Below the pieces are notes generated by a model, which saw nothing but the letters and a program-made list of their open reading frames with translations, made no database searches and was not told where the DNA came from. A stretch of 64,000 nt of DNA, from the NCBI GenBank assembly GCA_035221665.1, contig CM069145.1:11594001-11658000 (forward strand), in the 5' to 3' direction. Positions 11,592 to 24,783 of this stretch are shown in pieces (the first letter of the stretch is position 1; every line of letters starts with the position of its first letter). Position numbers and translations under genes: made by a program. The stretch is from Okamejei kenojei (taxonomy: Eukaryota).

Positions 11592-12385
11592 GGACATCGC
11601 AAAGGCGGGGGCCAGGGAAAGCGGGGGAGTGCTGTCTGCAAATCACATGGTGCAAAGACAAGGTGATACAGACACATACCGCGATGAACAGGAAGGTTAA
11701 GACGCTAGCACAGTGTACGGTAAGTCCTTTAAAAGAGGAGGGAGGGGCGTGAGGGGGAGGGGGGGAGGGGGGGGGGATTGGAGAAGGGGGGAGAAGGAGG
11801 GGGAGAAGGTGTGGACATACTTTTAAGAAGCCAGACAACTTTTAATAAGTCAGAGATACACAGCTGTGAGGTTTGGCAAACATTTAACATTACCGTTCGG
11901 TTATCCTTGGTTCTGAAAACTCGTGCATACGTTTTTTTCCCCCAATGAGCCAATGAAAATGTCCGGTCAGCAAAGGTAATTAACTAAAACTACCAACATC
12001 TACCTCGACTACCCATAACTACATGGCGACCCCACTGCAACTGCACCTTTAACTACAGGATTATCGATTTTCTCCATGGCAACATGTTGAAGAAATTGCG
12101 GCGACCATACTGAGGCCACGACTAGTTCCCAGAATGCGGGAACTCCTCACGACCATGAAGGAGACTCACCAGAGACCACCAGTGAACATGTGGCCACCAT
12201 CTGGCGATCATGAGGCGAGCGCAGAGTCTCCTGCACTCGCCTAAAAGTCGCCCAAGTGGGATAGGGCCTTTACTAATTAAGAACCTATTAATCTCCGCCT
12301 TAAAAATATGCAGTGTCTTGGCCTCCACAGCCTTCTGTGGCAATGAAATCCACAGATTCACTACCCTCGAGCTAAAGAAATTCCT
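11340..12385 (-). mobile_element. CR1 3' UTR split by a Harbinger MITE
   Basis: CR1 UTR reads continuously across the MITE (..aacaccct-TTA-ctaattaagaacc..). Confidence 0.7.
11473..12269. mobile_element. PIF/Harbinger-type non-autonomous element
   Basis: TIR aggacccgtcccactt / aagtgggatagggcct; TTA duplication at 11470-11472 and 12270-12272; internal sequence shared with 28982-29658. Confidence 0.85.
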
Positions 12386-12390
12386 AAAGT

Positions 12391-12573
12391 AACCTCATCT
12401 ATTGCATCCGCTGCACTAGGTGTCAGCTGCTCTACATCGGTGAGACCAAGCGTAGGCTTGCTGATTACTTCGCCCAACACCTCCGCTCGGTTTAGCAAAA
12501 ACCAACCTGATCTCCCGGTGGCTCAGCACTTCAACTCCCCCTCCCATTCTGAATCCGACCTTTCTGTCCTGGG
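12391..12573 (+). mobile_element. Penelope GIY-YIG endonuclease fragment
   Basis: Translates NLIYCIRCTRCQLLYIGETKRRL, then PVAQHFNSPSHS. Confidence 0.85.
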
Positions 12574-12746
12574 TCCATATCCCTCCAAACCTGTCCTATC
12601 CATGTACCTGTCTAGCGGTTTCTTAAACATCAGTATAGTCCCAGCCACTACTACCTCCTCTGGCAGCTCGTTCCATACACCCACCACCCTTTGTGTGAAA
12701 AAGTTACTCCTCAGATTCCTATTAAATTATTTCACCTTCAACTTAT

Positions 12747-13455
12747 GGTGGAAAGGGTCAAGAACTTCAAATTCCTGGGCGCTCATGTTTCTGAAGATCT
12801 TTCTTGGTGTCAGCACACTGATGAAATTATAAAGAAAGCACATCCGTGCCTCTACTGCCTGAGAAGATTACGGAGAGTCGGTATGTCAAGGAGTATTCTC
12901 TTTAACTTCTACAGGTGCACAGTAGAGAGCATGCTGACTGGTTGCAACGTGGAAAAGAATGCAGAAAGTTGTGTCCATTGCCCAGTCCATCATCGGCTCT
13001 GACCTCCCCACCATCGAGGGGATCTATCGCAGTCGCTGCCTCAAAAAGGCTGCCAACATCGTCAAGGACCCACACCATCCTGGCCACACACTCATCTCTC
13101 CGCTGCCATCAGGTAGAAGGTACAGGAGCCTGAAATCTGGTACATCCGCCTATTTCCTTCGCTCCATAGATTTTGCTGCACCCGCTGAGTTTCTCCAGCA
13201 CTTTTGTCTACCTTCAGGAACAGCTTCTTCACCACAGCCACCAGGCTACTAAATATGACATCAAACAAACTCTGAACTATATCAGCCCGTTGCACTTTAT
13301 CTGTTTATTCATGTGTATATATGTGGTCTATGGTATATAGACCCACTGATCTGTTCTGTATTATGCCTACGATATTCTGTTGTGCTGCAGCAAGCAAGAA
13401 TGTCATTGTCCTATCTGGGACACATGACAATAAACTCTCTTGACTTGACTTGACT
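12747..13455 (+). mobile_element. Rex1/Babar LINE 3' fragment
   Basis: VERVKNFKFLG..DLSW..FYRCTVES..KDPHHPGH..LPSGRRYRS; aataaa plus (CTTGA)n tail; short PLE piece inserted at about 13147-13213. Confidence 0.85.
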
Positions 13456-14365
13456 TCTTGGAACCTGACAACTGACGGAATGAACGAGGTACTGGTTAGG
13501 TTGGTCGGGGCATGATGCCACAGGGGGAACCAATCTTGCGGTGCAGCCACGTACAAGCCTGTTCTTTCCACGTGTAAACGTGCTTCCACTCAGTTCAAGT
13601 GGGCGCATTGCGTGCTGCAGTGTTAGCTCGTACTGCTGTGGTAGTTGGTACAATTCTGGCTCAAAACGAGAGTGCATTTCCTGCCTGCTGCATAGGAGGC
13701 TGTTTTCAGGTCGCTTCATGCTTGAAAACAGGGCACCGTGCAACAAAATTTCACAGCCTTTGACTTGGGAAGAAACCCATAAAAGCTGCCTCGGAATGGC
13801 ATGTAACTCTTGCCCAATCAGATGCAATCTCACATCGCTAAAATAAAATGTTTAAAGACCGGGCAATGAATGAGGAAATCCTTTTCCTCTTATCATCTCA
13901 TGACAATCGAAAGGTAGATATGCATCAACTGCAGGGCTAAGACCTGGCTCCGTTCCATTTAAATGTAAATGGCGAATTGTTACATATTTCAAATGCAACT
14001 AGAGCCCTGTACAATAATTAAGCGGTAACAATTTTCACTTCTTCATTCCCTTTACTTGATCGTTCCAGTTTTTCCAAAGCAATCAAACATTCAATGTGTT
14101 GCAGCATTTTCCAGTGAGATTGAAACATTTATTGGAAATGTTCCACCTCTCGCAGTCCTTGGGACTTATGCATCAAACTGGTTGGACTGGATCATTCTCA
14201 TGTCGAGTAATTATCAGAAGACAACGACTCTGCCAAGGAATGAAGGAACAAAAATAGCCTCAGCCTGCAGGAAATGAGTACACACACAGAGGTGGAAAAT
14301 AATGTGCGGTGAACTACCAGAGACTTGCAAAATGGGTTACAGTATGGGTTACAAAATAATTGGAC

Positions 14366-14654
14366 TTTAGTTTTGTTTAGAGATACTGCGTGAAAACAGG
14401 CCCTTCTGCCCACCGGGTCTGTCCCGCACACTAGTACTGTCCCACACACACTAAGGACGATTTTTACACTTACCAAGCCAATTAACCGACAAACCTGTAC
14501 GTCTTTGGAGTGTGGGAGAAAACCGGGGCATCCGGAGAAAACCCCACGCAGGTCACGGGGAGGACGTACAAACTCCGTACAGACAGCACCCATAGCCGGG
14601 ATCGAACCTGGGTCTCCGGCGCCGCATTTGCTGTAAGGCAGCTGCTCTACCGCC
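14366..14654 (-). mobile_element. V-type SINE (HE1-like)
   Basis: Reverse complement of the family seen at 251 and 32845. Confidence 0.85.
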
Positions 14655-15254
14655 GTAATGACAGCGAGAAAATATAAAGTATTTTAACATTAAGTTATTT
14701 CATGCAATTAAAGGAGTTACAAGCTGCTTTGCGGGACATATGTATTTATTTATGCCACGTAAATATTTGGTTTACAATATCCAACTACTGAATCGCAACT
14801 AAATTCCAATGAATACTAATAGATTATCAGGTTAGATAAAAATGCTGTAGGAACTCAGCGGGTGAGGCAGCATCTATGGAGAGAAGGAATGGGTGACGTT
14901 TCGGGTGGAGACCCTTCTTCAGACTGGGTCCAGCATTTTGTGTCTAGCTTAAACTTAATAACTACTGCTCCATTCTCTATGTATAAACTAATTTGCTGGA
15001 TTAGACTCATTTTCCATAATCTGACTTTCTCTTTAAATGAATTCAAGATGCCTTTATGCACCTGAGGGAAATTGGTCAGATCTTTGATCAGACAACATCC
15101 TTCCATTCTGCAGCAGCATGACTATCTCTAAAAAATTATGCTGTTTACTAAACCTACACAAATACACTCACATAGTTTCCATACATAGGGTGTCAGTTTT
15201 CCCAAGCACTTTCTCTATCTCACTGGTATTATGTAAACTGGCTGTTACTCCTAA

Positions 15255-15569
15255 AGGGCCTGTCCCACTGTACGAGCTAATTCAAGAGTCCTCCTGAGTT
15301 TCCCCGATTTGAACTCGGAAAATTACGGTAATCGCCGCTCGTAGGTACTCGGGGCTCTCGTGGACATTTTTCAACATGTTGAAAATCTTCACGAGTCTTC
15401 ACGAGCTTATCGCGTTTCCAGAGTACCTGCCGTTAGCGTTACGAGCCGCTAAGAGATGTCCCGAGCTCCGACGTACCCGCTACGTACATTCTACGTGCTT
15501 ACCATGAGTTTGATTTTTTTTTAAACTCGGGAGAGCTCTTGAATTACCTCGTACAGTGGGACAGGCCCT
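15255..15569. mobile_element. PIF/Harbinger-type MITE
   Basis: Long TIR agggcctgtcccactgtacgag; TAA duplication at 15252-15254 and 15570-15572. Confidence 0.9.
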
Positions 15570-16746
15570 TAATCACACTTGTTTCTTTCACATACAAAAT
15601 GACCATTTAATATTTGTTCGATAGTAACTCTATTGTTGCAAGCTCCATTAAGGTGGACCTGTGCTCAAGTGTGGATCAATGTAATGAGTAGTAACACTAC
15701 ACTATTATCCTCCCACGAACATAGTGCATGGCAAATAACCAAATGAAAATTATCCCTGAAACATAACTCTCTGTTTTGTTTTCTCAGGTCACTGAAATGC
15801 GTGAACCATATTGTTAGATACGATTCAACATCAGTATTGGCAACACTGAGCGATAAGTGCCCACGCTCAGAACAAAGTGACTATGTCAACATCATTCGTG
15901 TGATCTTAAAAGATTTTTGCTACAACATGGAGCATTGGCTGCTTGCTCTCCTATTCAGCAACTGCGAACGTTCATTGTAATTATTTAACATATGATTGAC
16001 TAAACTATTGACTTGTGACTGGCAATGTCTTAATCCTCAACTCGGTAGTCAAGCGATTAGAAAAAAATTAGATTTAAAATCTTAAAATTTAAAATCGACT
16101 TGAAAATATCGAAGGCTGTAAATACAAGAGGGAGCCAGAAGTACTACAGAGACAGCAGGCGTCAGAATCAATAAAACAGGAAGACAAACTGTTCCATTTT
16201 TTTTACGTGAGCCCTTTATCAACTTAATGTCTGCACAATAAAGAAACATTTTATTAAAAATGAAAACTTTAGCTCGCTCAGTGGTAAGGGATAATTAAGA
16301 CATCTCAGAGAGATGTTGGGTACATCATGTAATGGTAGATTCTAAAGGGCAATTAGCCTTGGGGGCAATTATCCTTGGTAACTCAGCGGGAGAGACAGCA
16401 TCTAAGGATAGAAGGAATGGGTGACGTTTCGGGTCGAGAGCCTTCTTCAGACGATTCACCGTTTATCTTGGCTTCGTCTCGCCCCCCCCCCCACCTCTCT
16501 TTTTCAGATTTTTCCTCCATTCTGCAATTAGTCTGAAGAAGGGTCCCGGCCCGTATCGTTGCCTATCTATTCCCTCCACAGCCGCTGATTTACTCTAACA
16601 ACGTGTGTTTTATGATAAATGAAGCATATCTCATTCAAAGTCCTCCTATTGGAATGATTTCATTCAATATTCTAGCAAATCTACAGCAGGGATTATGGCC
16701 TTAAATGATTTAAAAAGTTTCTCTTCTGAATTTCTCTACCGCTCAG

Positions 16747-17043
16747 AGGTGCAGCGGTAGAGTTGCTGCCTTACAGCACTTGCAGCACCAGTGACCCGGG
16801 TTCGATCCCGGCCACCGGAGTTTGTATGTTCTCCCCATGACCGCATGGGTTTTCTCCGAGATCTTCGGTTTCCTCCTACATTCCAAAGATGTACAGGTTT
16901 GTAGGTTAATTGGCTTGGTATAAATGTAAAATAATAGTCCCCATTGTGTGTGTAGGTTAGCATTAATGTGGGGGGGGACCCCTGGTTAACGCAGACTCAG
17001 TGGGCCGAAGGGCCTGTTTCTGCACTGTATATCTAAACTAAAC
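16747..17043 (+). mobile_element. V-type SINE (HE1-like)
   Basis: tRNA head, V core, CR1-like tail. Confidence 0.85.
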
Positions 17044-18387
17044 TATCCAAAAGGAATGTGCTGACAATGAGGCAACTTGTTGTCCAGTGGTTGAATTTCC
17101 ACATTACCCCAGTTCTCCAATGGTTCTGTGCATTGCACATCCAACTTATGGCAGGTAGCAGAGCCCTTCAAAACTGATGGTATTAAAATGTTGAAAGAAT
17201 GAGCTAACTGGTTTAAAAGTGGCACTAATTGGCTTTCAGGAAGATTACATTCTCTTCAGTTCAGTGAAAAGATTGACTTTTCCACTTTCAGCATGAGGGC
17301 ATGTCACTAGTGCATCCCATAGCATCGCTACACAGCAGCAGGTCACTTTGCCAATTGACTCTATATTGACCAGCAAGCACTCATTGTTACACTAATCCTA
17401 CACTATTTATTTTACCCGCTTACCCATCAACTCCCCCTTAGATTTCACCATTCCCCTACACATGGGGGGGGGGGAACATTCGGTGACCGAGCCGTATGTG
17501 TTGGGAGGTGTGCGGAGACCAGACCACTCAGATGCAACCCACACGGTCACGGGAAAAACATGCAAACCCCACATAGACAGCACCGGAGGTCAGGATTGAA
17601 CCTAGTGACTGGACTGTGAGGCAGCAGCACCACAAGCCACATCTGCTGTTGAGAGCAACTTAATAACTTGTTTTCAAGGAAAGTCACTCTAGATACAAGG
17701 TCACTTGCAGTATCTGATCAGTGAGGAATATCTTACACTATATTTATTTAATTTTGGTATATTTTTAGCAGAGGAAGGAAAATCCTCTTTAAGGTCTGAC
17801 TTAAATTTAACTCTCTGGGCACTTGTGGCAGCAAACAGGAACCAAATAATTGAGTTCCATGCTATAATTAAAATACTTGCACTGAAAAGCAGCTTTAAAA
17901 AAGCCGGTCCTTTTGTTGGGCTTAAACGTTAATGTTAGCTGACATTGCTTCATCTTCAATTATCACTATAATTTACAAACGGTACAAGCAGAATATGTGG
18001 TAACAGAATAATGACCCAAATGCTTCCTTTTGGCTGCTAAGTGCTCTCCATAGCTTGAGTGAGATCGGCCCCTATTCCTTAGAGTTGAGAAGAATGGAAG
18101 ATGTCCTTATTAAAACATTCAAAATTCTTAGGCAGTTCAACAGTGTAGCTACAGCCAGCATGTTTGCCTTTAGAACCGGCATCAGTTTCAAAATGAGGTC
18201 TCAGCCATTAGAAATTAAATGTGCTGAAATGGCTTTTCTAAAAGGAAATTTCTCATAACATGTTCCCCTGGAATCTACTTACCGCTGCCATTGTTGTTAA
18301 TAAATGAAATTACGGATAATGAACACTTTTAAACATATGAAAATATCTCTGGTCCCTTCAGAACCCATATGCATGGACTTTGATTTA

Positions 18388-18765
18388 TAGAAACATAGAA
18401 AATAGGTGATAGGAAATAGAAAATAGGAAAATAGGCCCTTTGAACCAGCACTGCCACTTAAAATATGATCATGGCTGATCATCCAAAATCAGTAACCCGT
18501 TCCGGCTTTGTCCCCATATCCCTTGATTTGTTTAGCCCTAAAAGGTATACCTAACTCTCTTGAAAACATCCAGTGAATCGGCTTCCATTGCCTTCTGTGC
18601 AGAGAATTCCACAAATTCACAACTCTCTGGGTGAAAACATTTTTCCTCATCTCAGTCCTAAATGGCCTACCCCTTATTCTTAAACTGTGACCCCTGGTTC
18701 TGGACTCCGCCAACATCGGGAACATTTTTTCCTGCATCTAGCCTGTCCAATCCCTTAAGAATTTA
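18388..18765 (-). mobile_element. CR1 LINE 3' fragment
   Basis: MFPMLAESRTRGHSLRIRGRPFRTEMRKNVFTQRVVNLWNSL plus UTR. Confidence 0.88.
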
Positions 18766-20571
18766 TGAAAGAGTAAAGGAAGTCTTCATCTTGCACAGAA
18801 GAGTGACCCAGGACAATTCATCCTTGACTTCCAGTGCATTGGCCAGTGTATGGCGATCACATCACTGAGGAAGATCTGAGGTCCACATCACATTACAAAC
18901 AGGAGCATCTTTTCTCATCTGATACACTAGTGCCACATGAAGAAGGTTGCTAACTTTTAATTTATTAATGCCATCATTAATCGAACACCTTATTTGCCCC
19001 CAATGATCGATGCGAAAAATGTTCTCTCCATTTTCCCAGATCTCAGAAAATGAATCAACAAAATAAAATTATTTTACTCAGCCCATGTCTTGCCTCCAAA
19101 CATGTCTTTTGACTGCTCTAATAAAACTGGGAAGAATTGCCAAATGTTAATGATTCATGTCCTAAGGAATAGGAGTAGAATTAGGCCATTTGGCCCATTA
19201 AGTCTACTCTGCCATTCAATATTTGCTGATCTATCTCTCCATCCTAACTCCATTCTCCTGCCTTCTTCCCATAACCTCTGACACCTGTATTCAATAAACA
19301 TGTTTAAAATTCATCTTATGTTTCATTGGGACATTTACCTTTACCCTTTCCCAATCTGAAATCGCACCTATATATTCCCTCCACAGATGCTGCCTGACCC
19401 CTGTAGTCACTCCATTACTTTCCGCTTTGCTCAAGATTACAGCATCTTCAGTTGCTCGTGTCTCTAAATTTATCTTAATGTTGTCTGCGAGACCTTGATT
19501 TTTGATTGCTGCACTACTTACAATGCAACAGAGCCAGTAATATGAAGACACTTAATGGGATGCCCTGAGATTGTGGAACTGGAAGTACTTCCATTCTTTC
19601 CTCCAAGGGTTAACCACTGTATGACGTTGTATCTCACTAGCGGTTCAAAAGGCACTGTGGCAGTCTGTTGTGGCAGTAGCTGCCAAACAACTGCAGCTAA
19701 ACCCTGCTCCCACTTCCGCCAGTCTTCCTGGTAGAGGGAAAATATGTTATTGAGACAGATATCTGAAGATGGATGAACACAAAATGCTGGAGTAACTCAG
19801 CTGGTCAGGCAGCATCTCTGGACAAAATGGGTTGGGTGGCGTTTCGGGTCGGGACCTTCTTCAGACTGATTGTCGTGAGAGGGGGTTATGAAGAGATTGG
19901 ACATCCATGGTAAAGTTGAGTGACTGGGGGTCTAAAAACTAAAAGTTACTAAAGAGTTGAAGAGTGTGTGAGATGTCTCGGATGTAGTGGGAAGGGATTG
20001 GACAAGGGGGATTAGAATAGCATCAAGGAATGTGGGGCTGAGGTCAGTGGGCCAGGAGCAGGCAGAAACTATGGGTCTACAAGAATCAGGATGCTTCCTG
20101 TCCCACTGAGTTACTCCTGCATTGTGTGTCTATCTCAACAATCAAGAACGTTCTTGAAGGTAGTGGTTTATTGAGGGAGTTTCAGAGAACAGTAGATAGG
20201 TAGTTAATGATTAGACTCAGTCTAATTCTTGTGAATGGAGACAAATGTTGCATTTATATATAGAAATAATTGGAAAAGACATTAACCCATATATTTCAAG
20301 TTGTTATTCAAGATCTCTGAACATGATGGTCAAACTTCTGTTCCAAGAACAGATGTAGAAGTAAGAAAGATTGCCATGCAACAAGTTTATATCAATCCTG
20401 ATAACTCCAGATTGTTTGTGGATTTAAAAGACTAACTGTTGATGCTTCTATGTAAAATCGCCATTTCTTGAATTACTGAAATTATTTTGGTTTTGTTTAA
20501 TCCTATATTTTCTGATGTTTGAATAGATAATTGAATGGACCTTTCCACATTGATGGAAAACAGCCACAGTT

Positions 20572-20710
20572 GGGGTGGGAGATTACAACCTTCACGTGTT
20601 CCGCCCTGTTTCAACGAATGCAATCAACCTGCCGTTCATAATCAAATAAGATCAAATAGAACAAGTTGTCCTACAACTTTAGGCTGTGCATGCCATATGC
20701 AAGAAGAAGA
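20572..20710 (+). mobile_element. Short retroposon 3' end with (GAA)n tail
   Basis: 10-bp duplication agccacagtt at 20562-20571 and 20711-20720; aagaagaaga tail. Confidence 0.6.
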
Positions 20711-21059
20711 AGCCACAGTTTTTTGATGATTACATGTCGACTTGAGGACAACTTATTCCCCATTACTATATGACTCATGAACCATTAATTTCTTTCACAC
20801 TCCATTTCTGGAGGTGCTGCCAAGTGATCTTACTCTTAACTCTATCTCATTTGGTTATTCATTACTGTATTTTACTATTTATTTGCACTGCAATCTTGCA
20901 CAATTCTGCTGCTCTGCACATACTGTTGTATTTATTGTTGTATTTGTCATTACTTTATATATACTGTTTACTTGTGGAGTTTCATGTGAATGAGAAATTT
21001 CACTGCACACCAGTGCACGTGACAATAAACTAAACGACTCTAATCTAATCCAATCTTCT

Positions 21060-21485
21060 CTAACGTTTATGTCTTCGGAGGGATCGAGATCAACACCTTA
21101 AACTGATATTTCTGGTCAGAAGCCTGTGATCAGTGGTGCAGCCTGCAGGGATCAGTGCTGCAGGGGCAGTGCTGTTTGTTATATACGTGAATGATTTGGA
21201 TGACAATGTATTTAACACTTACTTCAAGAGGGCTACAATACAAAAGCTGGCGTGCAATGCTGAGGCTTTATAAGGCACTGGTCAGACTGCATTTGGAGTA
21301 GTGTGAGCAGTTTTGGGCCACGTGTTTAAGGAAGGATGTGCTGGCATTGGAGAGGATCCAGAGGAGAATGATCTCAGGAATGATTTGGTTAACATATCAA
21401 ACTAGTATGAATGGGTGTTCGATGGACAGCGAGGTCTTGGTAGGCCAAGGGTCTGTTTCCATGCTGTATCTCTAAACTAAAAATA
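21060..21485 (+). mobile_element. Deleted CR1 RT fragments
   Basis: Remnants of SGVPQGSVL, LYKALVRLHLE and EQFWA motifs. Confidence 0.7.
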
Positions 21486-22796
21486 AATTAACAGCACTAA
21501 GCTTTCTTTCTTCCTCATTTTTATTCATTTAACAGAGTTCCAACATGAATTTTGGATTGTCTCACTATTTTTGCTGATGTTCGCAATGCTGTCATGTTAA
21601 CTTTCATGGTTGGTGACATTACGTTGATAACAAATTTGTGTATCTGTGTCCATTTTAGTCTCAGCATGCAGACATGAACAAATTACATTTTGTCAAATGT
21701 TACCATGACTCTTTCCTCTAATTCCTCTAATTTTTTTAAAGTTTCGAAACAAATTGTTTTTGGATGAAAAATACACCAGGTTTCAACAGGACCAAGAGAG
21801 CTATTAGTGAAAGAAAAAAAAAACTTTATTTAAGAATCATCTGTGTTGAGGGACTGATCCAATTTTCTAATCGCTTTCAGCTACTAAGTGTCACTTATTT
21901 ATTGAGTGTGAAGAATAAGTTTAAAATCTGAAGTTAGTGATTTGCCACTTGGATGTTAACGTTCCATATACATCTCGAAGGTGCATCAGTCCTTCCACTA
22001 ATCTGAGACCAGACTCTATGCTGCAAGAACAGTTCAACCAGCATGATGGTGAGTGAAGAAGAGTCTGAAGAATTGTCTCGACCCAAAACATCACCCATTC
22101 CTTCTCTCCAGAGATGCTGCCCGTCCCGCTGAGTTACTCCAGCATTTTGTGTCTATCTTCGGTGTAAACCAGCATCTGCAGTTCCTTCCTACACTTGATG
22201 GTATTGTACTCAGCTGCGGTTTACTTAACTGCAATCAACAGCAATATATTGAAACAGTGAAGTATTATTAGGCAGTTTACAAAAAGATTGTGTGGCAAGA
22301 TTTACTTTGTTCTGCAAACAGTATGTATCATAGAAACATGGCCTGATAAACCCTGGGATAAACTGTGTATTGAGTATACGCCAAAACACAATGCAACAAT
22401 GCAGGAAGCTGAGGAAGAGCGCACCATGTTTGGGGTAAATCTCGTCACTTTGAACTGTGTTAAATGAATGAGTGCAAAGATGCAGCTTCTTGTATTTACC
22501 TATGGATTTAGAGTTTTATTTCCATGCAATGAACACAAAAAATATATGTGCATGAAATAAACTCCCACCTTCTAAAATCTAACCCATGATCTCCCAACAA
22601 AGTTAGATCAAGACCAGAGACTTGCGCAGCTTCACAGTTCATTTTGATCTGAAGCTATTTTCACACTGACCACTTCATGCCAAATCCTCCAACTTACTCT
22701 CTGCAAGGCAACAAAGTGAATCTGGATGGACAATAACAATTACAAATTACATTTATCTTTAGGCCTTAAAATGAAAAAAACATCTTACAATGCTTA

Positions 22797-23005
22797 AGAA
22801 GGAACTGCAGATGCTGGGAAAACGAAGGTAGACAAAAATGGTGGAGAAACTCAGCGGGTGAGGCAGCATCTATGGAGCGAAGGAAATAGGCAACGTTTCT
22901 GGCCAAAACATGGTCTGAAGAAGGGTTTTGGCCTGAAATGTTGCCTATTTCCTTCGCTCCATAGATGCTGCCTCACCTGCTGAGTTTCTCCAGCATTTTT
23001 GTCTA
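22797..23005. mobile_element. Palindromic Penelope-terminus element
   Basis: Head-to-head pLTR copies forming a long hairpin; 16-bp flanking duplication (15/16 match). Confidence 0.75.
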
Positions 23006-23620
23006 CATCCTACAATGCTTAGTGTGTAGGAAGGAAGTGCAGATGCCAGTTTAAACGGAAGATAGACACAAAAAGCTGGAGTAGCTCCTCATCTCCTTTT
23101 TCCCTGACTCTCATTCTGAAGAAGGGTCTCGACCTGAAACATCACCTACTCCTTTTCTCCAAAGATGCAGCCTGACCCCCTGAGTCATTCCAGCTTTTTG
23201 TGGTTTATCCAACAATTCTTTACAAAAACCTTGTTGAATACATGTGTCACCAGTCTGTAAATGGCAAGAAGAGTTGAGGATTAGAATCTGGGATGTAATT
23301 CCAAAGCCTCGTCCTTGGAATCAAAAGGTATGGCCACATATAATGAAACTGTACGATGGGGCCAACATTGAGGACAGCAGATATCTCAAAGACTGGTGGA
23401 GATCACAGAGATAGGATAGTGCAAGACCATGAAGAGATTTGATCACAAGAATCAACGTTTTAAAACTGAGACCTTGTTAATGGAGGCCAAAGTACTACAT
23501 GGGGGGTATGTCAGGGGAGCAAGGTGATCAGAACATTTCAAATTAGGACATAGGCATCAGATGACAAGTTTACTCAGGGTAGGAGAGTGAGGTTGGTCAA
23601 CACTTGACTGCACAGGTTTA

Positions 23621-23903
23621 CAGGCCTGTCCCACTTACACGACTTTTTCGGCGACTGCCGGCACCCGTCATAGGTCATTGCAGGTCGCTGAAAATTTACA
23701 ACATGTTGAAAATTCAGCGGCGACCAGAAAGACGCTACATTGACTCTTTGGGCGACTGTAAAGCCTGTATGGTCGTGAGTAGTCGCCCAAAGAGTCGTAC
23801 CTTGTGCTGGTCACCGCTGGATTTTCAACATGTTGAAAATTTTCAGCAACCTGCTGCGTCTATGACGGGTGCCGGCAAGCCGCCAAAAAAAATCACAGGC
23901 CCA
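23621..23903. mobile_element. PIF/Harbinger-type MITE, right TIR partly deleted
   Basis: caggcctgtcccactt ... acaggccca with TTA/TAA flanks and internal inverted symmetry. Confidence 0.8.
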
Positions 23904-24161
23904 TAAGTGTAGGGATAACAGTGGCACACACGCCTGTGTCAGTAGCTGATGAGCTAAGTCCTACCACAGGCCATGTCTGCAAACATACAGATTAGGATCA
24001 GTAATAAGACACTTTGCCTCAGAATTGGATCTGCTATTGAATGAGACCATAGCTTCTCCAGTGTAACCTTAAGGTTTAGGTTAATTGATGTCACACATAC
24101 CGATATACAGTGAAAAGCTTGATTTGCATAGTATCCAAACAGATCTGATATACCAAACGAC

Positions 24162-24783
24162 ATGTTGGCCTTCATAACAAGAGGAGTTGAGTATAGGAGC
24201 AAAGAGGTCCTTCTGCAGTTGTACAGGGCCCTAGTGAGACCACACCTGGAGTATTGTGTGCAGTTTTGGTCTCCCAATTTGAGGAAGGACCTTCTTGCTA
24301 TTGAGCGTAGGTTCACCAGGTTAATTCCCGGGATGGCGGGACTGTCATATGTTGATAGGATGGAGCGGCTGGGCTTGTATACACTGGAATTTAGAAGGAT
24401 GAGAGGGAATCTTATTGAAACATATCAGATTAGTAAAGGTTTGGACATGCTAGAAGCAGGAAACATGTTCCCGATGTTGGGGGGATCCAGAACCAGGGGC
24501 TACAGATTAAGAATAAGGGGTAAGCCATTTAGAACGGAGATGAGGAAAAACCTTTTCACACAGAGTTGTGAGTCTGTGGAATTCTCTGCCTCAAAGAGTG
24601 CAGTGGAGGCTGGTTCTCTGGATGCTTTCAAGAGAGAGCTAGGTAGAGCTCTTAAAGATACATGGGGAGAAGGCAGGAACGGGGTACTGATTGTGGATGA
24701 TCAGCCATGATCACATTGAACGGCGGTGCTGGCTCGAGGGGCCGGATGGCCTACTCCTGCACCTATTGTCTATTGTCTATTGT
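24162..24783 (+). mobile_element. CR1 LINE 3' fragment (RT C-terminus and UTR)
   Basis: LLQLYRALVRPHLEYCVQFWSP...RTEMRKNLFTQ; (CTATTGT)n tail. Confidence 0.92.
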
